Below are positions 51,635 through 61,564 of a stretch of 64,000 nt of DNA, piece by piece (position 1 is the first letter of the stretch; every line of letters starts with the position of its first letter). The stretch spans positions 1-64,000 of the forward strand of contig JALJEE010001426.1 of NCBI GenBank assembly GCA_023231475.1, in the 5' to 3' direction. Origin of the DNA: Seison nebaliae. Taxonomy: Eukaryota. The notes beneath the pieces are model-generated. The model saw only the letters and a list, made by a program, of their open reading frames with translations. It was not told the DNA's origin and ran no database searches. Position numbers and translations under genes: made by a program.

Positions 51635-54202
51635 TCAAATAATCGGAACTGGTAGAACGCCTTTCTCGTTGATATATTCATCGGAATGAGGAATATTGGG
51701 TGACATTCGTTTTCTTTCTCTAATCGATTTAACTATCTTACCACTAATACTCGATTCATCCGTCACGCTTCCTGGTAATAATTTCCAATGATCGAATTGC
51801 ATTTGTGGAAAAGCTTTACCACTCGTTGCTCCTTTCAATTCTGCTACATATCCGAATGATTCAACTACCGGTATCATTGCCGTTAATTTCATTATGCTCT
51901 TCGAATAATCATCAGGGAATTCATCTAATAATTCTTCATTCTCTACCCATCCTCGACGATTGTTCAATGTCTGATGAATTGTTCCGATACAGGATTGAGT
52001 GCAAGTTACTTCCATTTTATAAACTGGTTCATAAAGACATGGAGTTGCTGCCAAGAGAGCACCATATAATGATCGTCTAGTCAGAGGAAGAATTTGTCCC
52101 GCTCTTCGATGTGCATTGTCTGAATGAATTTTTGCATCCATAATATCAAATTGAACATTTCTTAATGGTTCGCCACATAACGGACCATCTCGACATACCC
52201 AATCTGCTCCATTTTTTACAATGTCTTTAATTGCAGACATATTCTGAACTGAAGTTGATTGATCATTTAAAAGATTTAATGGACATGATTCCGGATATAA
52301 TCCCCAAATTCGTTTAGATTCATTTTTTGTCATAAATTCTGATAAGAATTCCACTTGATCATTCTTGTCCATGACATGATTAGACAACATTTTCTTCTCA
52401 TTCAACTTCTCTAATTTCTCACTTACTTCTTCATCCATTGGACGTGCAATAACCATGAGTTTATTATGATTATTTGCCGATTTTGAGATGGCAACGAATT
52501 TCGATTGTTCCAAAATCCCTTCTCTGAAACTGACGATCGGTTCTGATGACTTCAATTTACATTTCGCATAAAAATTTTGAAGATCATTAAATATGATTTC
52601 CAAGTGTAATTCACCAGCACCGGAAATAATATGTTGTCCTTGTTCGGTTTGACGAATTTGAATGAGTGGATCTGATTTCGCTAATTTCTTCAATCCATCG
52701 ATCATTTTCGGTAAATCAATCGGTTGAAGTACATCGACAGCTAAACTGACAACTGGACTCACAGAAAAATTCATCAAACGTATTCTATGTGATGTTGAGG
52801 CAGTTGTTAGACAACCAGATCTTTGTAAATGTTTGTCGATTCCAGTTATTCCGATAACATTTCCTGGTGTAAATGATGTCATTCCTTGAAGATTTCCTGG
52901 ATCGATAGACAACGACATGACTGACTGAATTGGACATTCCATTTTATTATTATCATTCTCTTTGTCACTCGAAAGAATTCTTACGGTTTGTCTCGATGAG
53001 ATCGTTCCACTAAAAACTCGACCAATACCAATGAATCTTGTTAAATCATTTGATGGAATCATCTTACTGACATATACCATCAATGGTGCATTCTCATCAC
53101 AATTCTTTATTCCATTCGCCACATTATCGTCTAATGGTCCTTCATATAAAACTTCCATTCTATAACTCTGAGCAACAAGTGGTGAAGGTAAATGTTGAGC
53201 GACACAATCCACCAACACATCAGCTAATGGTAACCATCTCGACATAATGAAATGAGTCAACAATTTGACTGATGACAACTCTAATTTATTTTGTTCATAA
53301 ACTTTTTGGAGTGATGGAAGTTTCGTCAAGATTTTCTCCAATTTTTCTGGATGTTCCAAATCCTGTAGTGCCGTTAACATCGAATATACCGGTTTCATTA
53401 CCATTTGTTCCAATAGATTCTGTTTATTTGCTTTCTTTGAATCGAACGGCCATAAACAATTTAAAAATTTCTCGTATTTTCCTTCTTTCTGTAATTCATT
53501 ATTCTTCTCCAAATATATTCGGGCGAATGTCTCTAAAGAGAAACCCCATCCATATTTAGCACTTGCAAATATGACATTTCCTTTCGTTGGAGAAAATTGA
53601 AATTCACTCATTTTTATCTTCTTATCTTTCTTTAGATACGATTCCATTAACTTATTGAGATTATTGATAATCTTGTAGAAGTTGAGAGTTAAAACTGACA
53701 TGTCCAATTTCTGTTCCACAATACATCGATCGATTTTATTAATGACTAAAATCGGTTTTATTCTTTCATCCAACGCTTGTTTCAATACAACTTCCGTTTG
53801 AATACTAACTCCAGATACTGCATCAACTACAATTATTGCTCCATCAGTTAATCTTAAGGCTGCCGTCACTTCCGATGAGAAGTCAACATGTCCCGGTGAA
53901 TCTATTAAATTTATCAAAATCTTTTCTGATGATATTTTCTTTTGCAACTCTTTTCCTTTGATCGGTGCCAATAGACTTACTGCTGTCGATTTAATTGTAA
54001 TTCCTCGTTCTTTCTCATCTTTTCTTGAATCAGTCGAACATTTGGAACCAGTATTATCTTTACACAGAAGTCCACCTGCATTCAATAAGGAATCTGTTAA
54101 TGATGTCTTGCCATGATCAACATGTGCAATGATTGATAAATTTCTTATTAAGTTCGGTTGTTTACAGTAAACACCAAATTCGTCCTTGTTCACTTTCACC
54201 AT
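51635..54202 (-). CDS. EEF2: Divergent eukaryotic elongation factor 2 paralog, intronless, 855 aa
   Basis: AHVDHGKT, ERGITIKS, DSPGHVDFSSEV, NKID, GAGELHLE, KSANNHNKL, IHSDNAHRRAGQILP, PVVESFG, GKAFPQMQFDHW. Confidence 0.88.
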   Translation of the reverse strand: MVKVNKDEFGVYCKQPNLIRNLSIIAHVDHGKTSLTDSLLNAGGLLCKDNTGSKCSTDSRKDEKERGITIKSTAVSLLAPIKGKELQKKISSEKILINLIDSPGHVDFSSEVTAALRLTDGAIIVVDAVSGVSIQTEVVLKQALDERIKPILVINKIDRCIVEQKLDMSVLTLNFYKIINNLNKLMESYLKKDKKIKMSEFQFSPTKGNVIFASAKYGWGFSLETFARIYLEKNNELQKEGKYEKFLNCLWPFDSKKANKQNLLEQMVMKPVYSMLTALQDLEHPEKLEKILTKLPSLQKVYEQNKLELSSVKLLTHFIMSRWLPLADVLVDCVAQHLPSPLVAQSYRMEVLYEGPLDDNVANGIKNCDENAPLMVYVSKMIPSNDLTRFIGIGRVFSGTISSRQTVRILSSDKENDNNKMECPIQSVMSLSIDPGNLQGMTSFTPGNVIGITGIDKHLQRSGCLTTASTSHRIRLMNFSVSPVVSLAVDVLQPIDLPKMIDGLKKLAKSDPLIQIRQTEQGQHIISGAGELHLEIIFNDLQNFYAKCKLKSSEPIVSFREGILEQSKFVAISKSANNHNKLMVIARPMDEEVSEKLEKLNEKKMLSNHVMDKNDQVEFLSEFMTKNESKRIWGLYPESCPLNLLNDQSTSVQNMSAIKDIVKNGADWVCRDGPLCGEPLRNVQFDIMDAKIHSDNAHRRAGQILPLTRRSLYGALLAATPCLYEPVYKMEVTCTQSCIGTIHQTLNNRRGWVENEELLDEFPDDYSKSIMKLTAMIPVVESFGYVAELKGATSGKAFPQMQFDHWKLLPGSVTDESSISGKIVKSIRERKRMSPNIPHSDEYINEKGVLPVPII

Positions 54203-54256
54203 AATTAAATACTTCTTATAAAAAGTTTTCGTGTAATCCTTTCGCCATTATTGCAC

Positions 54257-54287
54257 TATTTATACTTACCGCGAAAAGTTGCGCAAT
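54257..54287 (-). promoter_or_regulatory. Putative TATA box (TATAAATA) plus palindromic C/EBP-type site (GTTGCGCAAT) upstream of the eEF2 paralog
   Basis: tatttata at 54257-54264, ~55 nt upstream of the ATG; ttgcgcaa at 54279-54286. Confidence 0.4.
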
Positions 54288-54713
54288 TCATTGGGAAACT
54301 ACATCGCTTTATCTCCATTTCTTCAGAAAACTCTGAAAAAAATTAATTTTTTTTAATTTAACAATTAAAAAATGTTGTGTATATTATTTATTTGATGATA
54401 TAATGAAAATTAAGGTATATATCACCTAACCGACCTCTTTATCAGTTCTAATTATTTCATCATTTCGTTTGTTATTTCAATAGAGATTGTTCTCAATCTT
54501 TCAATTAATTTAATTTAGATATTATAAAATAAGCTGATTAAATGATAATTTCATTATTAAAATTCTAAAAGAAAATTATAAATGGAAATGGAATTTCATT
54601 TATTTTCCAATGATAATATTTTTCACTTCGGTCATTTTAAATAACTGAAAGAACTTTTAGAATTTATATGAAATAATTTAAATGAATAAAGTATGTGAGA
54701 AGGAGGAAAATGT

Positions 54714-55535
54714 TTATGGATCAAATCCTTTCACCATCTGCTGTTGGATTGTTGTGTTTCGGATTTTCGCTTCATCGATTGTCGAATTTTCTTCATGTAA
54801 TTCTCGTTTGGGCGTGGGAAATGGTACCACGAAGAGGAATGGTTTCAAATTGTAATCAGGATTTTCGCTGCAAACATATTGTCGTAAATCAGTGATACGA
54901 TGTTTGAACGGATTCACTTTGACTCGATATTTATTTTGATCCATCGTTCGAATCTGAACGAAACATGTCGGTTCGTTTTCGTCGATTGATAATTCGAAAT
55001 TTTTTTTTTCTGCCATTTCTTTCGCTTTCTGTTGTTCCTGTATCAATTCCGTTGGATATGATGGAGAACCGACGAATTCTGGTGCAATATTTCCGAGAAC
55101 ACGTCCTGAACCACTAAAAGGTTTCATGGCAGGAGCAGTATATTCTTCTGTCATATTATTTTCAATAGCTAAATTGATGGCATCTTGATTACCTCCTGAT
55201 AATTCAGGTGGCATTTCTCCTTTCAGAATTCTCCCTAGAAATTGTCGATTGTTATCATCATCTAATAATCGTAATGGTCCATCATCGATACTGAAACCAT
55301 TAGACCAAATTTTGAGAACTCGTTTCACTCTCGAATCTGTCAAATCCTCCGATCTGATATCTTGATTTAATGCATTCTGTTGCAGAATACGGAACAACAT
55401 TGAGGTATCAGGTCTTTCAGGGCCAACTATCTCCTGTCCACTCCTGTCACTTCCTCCGGCATAATAATGTTGTCGTGCATTGTTCATTTCTTCTTCATCC
55501 GAATCTTTAATATCATTCAAAGTATTGATGACCAT
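54714..55535 (-). CDS. NSFL1C: p47/p37-like p97 cofactor (SEP plus UBX), no UBA domain, intronless
   Basis: YYAGGSDRSGQEIVGP, LKIWSNGFSIDDGPLR, PFSGSGRVLG (SHP box), VQIR...FPTPKREL. Confidence 0.8.
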   Translation of the reverse strand: MVINTLNDIKDSDEEEMNNARQHYYAGGSDRSGQEIVGPERPDTSMLFRILQQNALNQDIRSEDLTDSRVKRVLKIWSNGFSIDDGPLRLLDDDNNRQFLGRILKGEMPPELSGGNQDAINLAIENNMTEEYTAPAMKPFSGSGRVLGNIAPEFVGSPSYPTELIQEQQKAKEMAEKKNFELSIDENEPTCFVQIRTMDQNKYRVKVNPFKHRITDLRQYVCSENPDYNLKPFLFVVPFPTPKRELHEENSTIDEAKIRNTTIQQQMVKGFDP

Positions 55536-56014
55536 TTTGAACAAGTGAGACAAATAAATAAATTTCGTAAAAAATCTTTCTAGTTTTTTCTATTTGAAAA
55601 TAAAATTATTTTTTTTATTTAATCTCATTATTTATACTTTATCATCCTTTTCTACAACTATGAATTTAGTTAACTGATTCTTTTTATTGAAATTTTCGGC
55701 TTTTTTTGTTTCGGAAAACTTCTCAATGTTCTCTGAACGTTTTTCTTATGATATTTTTTTAAAATTAGATTTTTATATTTAAAACACTTTTTTGAAACTT
55801 TATTTTCGAGTCATATAATCAATTATAAACGACAATAATAATTATTTAACTGATTAGGGAATTTTTGTTTGTTAAAAGTAGTTCGGTGAACTTTCTAACG
55901 TTAGTTCTAATGAACATTGAAACAATATAAATTGGTGAGAGATGAATTTAAGCAATAATTGAAAGTGGTAAGCGAAAAATATTCTTTTAAATTTTAATTT
56001 TCATTTGGTTCTGA

Positions 56015-56948
56015 ATGTCGCGTCGGACTAAAAGCACTGCAAAAGTTTATTGACTTTTTTCATAAACATAACGAAATACCACGAATAATTTTAGGTATCC
56101 AAAAAAGTAGTTAAGCCAGTTGAACGGGTTGACTCGATACAATTTGAGAAAGCGAGTATCATATCGGAAGTGGAAAGTTTCTTCGTTAAGGACAATGAAT
56201 TTTCCGATCTCATCATTTTAGTAGGAAGTTTATTTTAAATAATTCAAAAATCGAATTTTCATGAGAGTTAAATGAAGATAAAAAATTGAATGCGAATACT
56301 GGAGTAATATCAGCAGCAAGTCCAGTTTTGAGGAAAGAATTTCTTGAAAAACGAGAAACACATAATATGGAAGAATCTAAAAAGAAAATGGAATGTCTCT
56401 CTTTATGTAATAATGAATATGATGATGTGCTCACTTTACTCCAATTCATTTATCCTCAATTCTCACCACGAATTAACGACAACAACGTAACAGCTATGTT
56501 GCGCATGAGTGAAGATTATGATATCAGTTCAATTAAACGCTTGGCACTCAATCACATCTATAATAAATTAGATAAGATCAAAGCAATGAGATTACCTGAT
56601 GCAACCGCGAAAAGTCCAGGATTGGATGGATTCTTTATTCGATTTACTGATGATGAATCGATTCCTATAATGAAATTTTGTGATCAATTACTTTCATGGT
56701 TATCGATAGCTGTCGCTACAATGAACACACAATTACGTGATCGACTTCTCAATGTTCTCAGTTTCTTTCCTTTATTCGTCTTCGAGAAAAGTACACCATA
56801 TCAAGCGATGAGTGATGAAGAGAAAGCATTCATCATGACAGCTAAATGTCGATTGTTGGAGAATAGTCGAGAAGCACAACCTCAAGTTCGCAAAGAGAAT
56901 TTAAGATCAATTCATCTTGAACCGTTTCGACCTACACATGTTCCATAA
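56015..56948 (+). CDS. BTB/POZ domain protein, 3 exons
   Basis: FSDLIILVG / ISAASPVLRKEF / LLQFIYP / NVTAMLRMSEDYDISSIK. Confidence 0.75.
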
Positions 56949-57327
56949 ACCGTGACATCACTTACATATAAAGTCAAATTAAGAAAACTACAATTCTCAT
57001 TTTATGTTATCTGGTTCATCTTGAAAAATTTTAATTAAGTTTCCTATAAAGAATGTTAAATTCAGTACGAAAATAATAAATTTTTAAATAATAATTGAAA
57101 TCGAAGAATAAAAGATGTTCGAGATGGAAGAAGTTCAAACTATGAACTGTTAAGCTTAAAAATTGAATTTTTCTCTAAAATAAAAATTGTTTTAAGAATT
57201 ATAAGACTAATTATCTTTTGATTGAGTCAACGTATGAAAACGGTTAATATCTTATATATTGTTTCAAATTCAGTTACACGAATACAATTTTATTAATCAG
57301 TTTTTCCTCTCCCAATTTGATTTGGCA

Positions 57328-60300
57328 ATGAATTTTTTTGGTATTTTCGGGTCTGCCAAAGAGGACGAGGACGAGAAAGACAAACGAGAACGAAAGAAGA
57401 TTCATGATGAAGTTTCGAATATTTCTTAAAAAATTTTATTTTCGAATATTTTTCAATAAAAAGATAGAACGTTTAGTCGATCGATTGACAATGGCCGTAC
57501 GAACGGAAGATAAGAGAATTTCTCTAAATGAATTGAAGGAATTGATGCCAGTTTATTATTTGGATATTGGCACATTGGCAATGACTCCGATGTTAAACGA
57601 AATGAGAAGTGAATAGTTTGGAAATTCCTTTTAAATTTCCCATATATTTTTATTTTCCACCTTTCTCTAGTAAGGATACGAGAACGTGTATTGAAATTTT
57701 GCATATTATGCAATTCTTGTTGACAGTAGATTGTGAAGAAGATGGAGAGCACATTAGTATTCAATTGGCGGAAATATTTTCTATTAAAGATGAAAATATT
57801 TCATTATTAATCGAATTATTAAGTGTTAGTAAAAATGAAGAGAAATATTTGATAATAAATTAATATGATTTTCTAGGAAATCGATTGGCATGTTCGTTTC
57901 GAAACGATAAAACTTTTTCGAATTTTGATGAGATCTCAATTGGTCACTATTCAACAGAAGGTTGCAAGGACTCCTAATGGAATGTCGAAATTAGTTGAAT
58001 TATTATCAGATTTATGTGATGTAGTAAAAAATGAAGTTTATTTTCAATATATTTTTAATATTTTTTCATTTTCCATTTTGATAGACGGTGGAATTATTAA
58101 TCGTTTTAATTGATGGAAATCCAACATTACAATTAATGTTTGCATTTGAAAATGGTCATCAAACCTTATTTAAAATCATTGAATCTGAAGGTGACGTGAT
58201 TAGTGGAGATGTTTTAGTGTTCGATTGTCTCACGTTAATGGGAACGGTTCTCAAGGGTAATTCGAAAGTTCAAGAAATATTTTATGAGAATAAAGGAGTG
58301 AAGAAGTTGAGTGAACTCTATCCATTATCAGCTATGTCCGATATCTCTTATTGGACGAATGAGCAATTGAAGAATTATTTGAGTTTGTTACATTTGATCA
58401 ATTGTTTAGTACATCCATCCAATGCGATTGCTATCATCACGAAGATTCAAAAAGAAACGAAAACTTGTGGATTGTTCCATAAAATGTGTGCCACTTGTAC
58501 TATCGATTCCATTCTACCAGCCATATTGACACATTTGTTATTGACGATAGCTGATTGTATGAGAGGTAATGAAGATAATCAACTTTTCTTCTCTCAAATT
58601 ACGATGCAATCAAGAGATCGTACTGAGTTGTCATTATTTCGAATATTGTTGAAAACATTAACGAAGAAATGGACACATAATGCATATGAATTACCATTCC
58701 GTTTATCCATTTTATATACAATTCAATCCTTCTATTATTTGAATAAGAATGGACAAAATAATATTATTTCGTCATTAGTTAATGATGAAAATGGTTTTTT
58801 AAAAGATTTACTCTATTCACTTTATCATTTGCCAACATTGAAAAATGATTCTTTAACAGTCACCATCATATCGATCTTATTCATTCATCTTCTCACTAAA
58901 AATTCAAAAAATCAAATTCTTGTAGCTAATTTGAAATATTCTCAACTACTTCCCAAATCACTTCCACCCAACAAAGTCAGTGATATCGTGGTGGATGATA
59001 GTGTGATCGATGTTGATTCAACATTCATTCAACATCTTTTGAATCTCCTTCATGGACAACAGGACATTCCAATAAAATGTCAAATTGCCATTCTACAACT
59101 CATCGTCGTCATGTCATATGAGTGTAAAGAGAATATTCGAGTGATTTTGAATGATTCATCAGCAATCTCTTATTTGTTATCGATAATGAATGCGGGTGGA
59201 AATGTCGCATCTGGAACAGTATCATCAACGAATCTAACGGTGAGTTTAGTAGAAGATGAGAAAATTGGAAGGAAAATAAAAATGAATGTCGATCAAGAAT
59301 TATCGAGAATGACGAAGAATTATGAAGAATCATCAATAAAATTAACAAACTCTTCAATTCTTTGTGGTTTGTGCACATTCGTTGTAGGAATTCTTTTGAT
59401 AAGTGACGATGAGAAAAATAATGAATTGAAACATCTCATTAAACGAATTCCCAGTGATCGTATCGAAACATTTTTGGATTATGTCACTATAACCAAATCA
59501 TATCGTCATGTTATCCATTCCATCAATTATTTATCTCATCTCATTCAACAATGTCATCTTCCACTCACTCAATTAACATCGATGAATTTGGAAGATGAAT
59601 CGATGGTGGAAACTGATGAAGCAAATGGAAATAAACGTCTAACTATTCACCATATGAAATATGAACAATTTTTTCATTCAGTTCCATCAATGAAATTGTT
59701 CATTGCTCAAAATTTGATGTTCGACTTTGAATTTGCGAAGATTGTTAAATCGAATGAAATCCGAATATTAGTCGATGGTTATGATACGGGGAATGAAAAG
59801 AAAAATGAGGAGGAGAAAAAACCGAAGGAGAATATACAAAAATCGATCGAATTAAGTTTATCTGCTAAATTGGAACAGCGAGATAAGGAGTATGCACAAC
59901 TATATCATTATTATCAATTGATGCATCAATCAATCGAGGAGAGGAACAAGACGATTGATTTGTATAAGAAAAAATTCGATCAACAACAAATTGATCATGA
60001 GAATGAATTGAAAAGTCATATGGCATATCTATCACAACAATCGAATTGTAATCAATTATTTTCAACAGTCAAATCGAGAATGGAGGACGATGTAGAGAAA
60101 TTAGTGAAAATTACGAATAGTTTGAAAGATGTTCGATTTGGAAAAGATGAAATGAAATATGAAGGAGATTTTGTGAGAATTAATAAAAGAGAATATGAAC
60201 AATTAATAGAATGTAGAGATCTACAGGAACAATATATGGATTATATGGTGAAGTTACAAAGTCGAAATAAAAATTTGAAAGAAATTATGCGAATTCAGTG

Positions 60301-60895
60301 TCGTGTAGAACCGCCAAAAGATTCGGATGATGAACAAGAAGAGAATGAGGAAGAGGATGAAAGAATATTGAATGAAAAAGTGAAGTCATCATCTGAAACA
60401 TCATCATCATCCAGATCTGATTCGATGAATAATAATTTTATAATGATTCCTCCTACAACAACAAACTCCAACATTTTATCCACAGTTTCACCATTGAAAA
60501 AATATGAACCGCCACCACCATTAACTTATCCACAATCTCGTGGCATTCCATTTGAAAATCTAATTAATTCGAATAATTCTTTAGAATCCATTCCAATTTC
60601 AATGGCAACAACCACGATAATCGGCTCGACATTTACTCAAAATTCTTCCACATCCATATTGTCAGGATCGACACCAACACCATTATTATCAGCTTCCAAT
60701 ATGTTCTCGGCAATAACTAACAATTTATTTTCAAGTTCTCCCGATAAATATGAGACTCAGAGACGATTAGAAGTGGAAGCGAGTGGAATTCAAACGAAGA
60801 AAATGAATGAAGATATCGATTTTTCACAGTTTCTTCCTGGTCCAGAGAAACAAGATGAACCAGAAAGTTTTTTCGATCCAACCTCAATAAATTGA
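57328..60895 (+). CDS. USO1: General vesicular transport factor p115 (ARM head plus short coiled coil)
   Basis: IERLVDRL...EDKRISL, DWHVRF, VVKNE, FAFENG...LFKIIESEG...DCL...LKGN, DCMRGNEDNQ, MFDFEFAK. Confidence 0.85.
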
Positions 60896-61136
60896 AAAAT
60901 AATAATTTATTTGAGAATGTTTTTTGAGAATTTGTGTGTATGTGAGTGTGAGAGTGAATGTGTGTATGATTGATTAAGAAGAAAAGAAAAACAAATGATA
61001 ATTAATAACAATTGTCGTCCATTATTTTTTTTTGCTTCTATTAACTTTCGAAGAATCATAAAATTTCTGTCATTTGAAATTTTTAGATTAATATGACAAA
61101 TATCACATGGATCAATAATAAATTATATTGTTTTCG

Positions 61137-61564
61137 TTAAAAAATTAATTTCCTTAAGAAATAGTAAAATGTTACGAAGACGAAAACACTTCCAACAACG
61201 AAGTAACACATCATTCGTCGATTGCTCTTTCCACTTCTGACCATCATATTCATTTTACCAAACGATCCATTCATTACTGATTGGAAGTATGATACATCGT
61301 CACTCTATCGGTAGAGAGAAATTATAGAAAAAAAATTTTATCAGAGAATGCATCGCTCCAAAATCAGTTGAATATAGAACTTTGTTCCCGAGAAAATGGA
61401 CCTGGTCCTTCGCATCCGCCTCCAAATCTATAGCAACCTTTTAAGAAGAGATAGAATATTATAATAATAATAATTGTGAGATGAATCAAAAGAGAAACAT
61501 TTCTCAACTCAAAAATTTTATTTGAGAGATTATTCGCTTTCCTTTCATTATCTCCAATTTCCAT
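61137..61564 (-). CDS. BET1L: BET1-like (GS15) Qc-SNARE, 3 exons; start may lie further upstream
   Basis: Spliced: DNERKANNLSNKIFELRN / VAIDLEADAKDQVHFLGNK / SDD...MNGSFGKMNMMVRSGKSNRRMMCYF plus C-terminal TM anchor. Confidence 0.8.

Noticed and set aside
51635..54202. EFL1/RIA1 or Snu114 instead of eEF2
   Set aside because: Length, MV start and domain IV motifs (KSxNxHNKL, H-R-x-x-GQ, GKAFPQ) fit eEF2; no Snu114 acidic N-terminus or EFL1 insertion
5645..60483. Numerous 60-110-aa ORFs antisense to or overlapping real genes in the ORF track
   Set aside because: Shadow frames of the genes called above, with no independent coding signal
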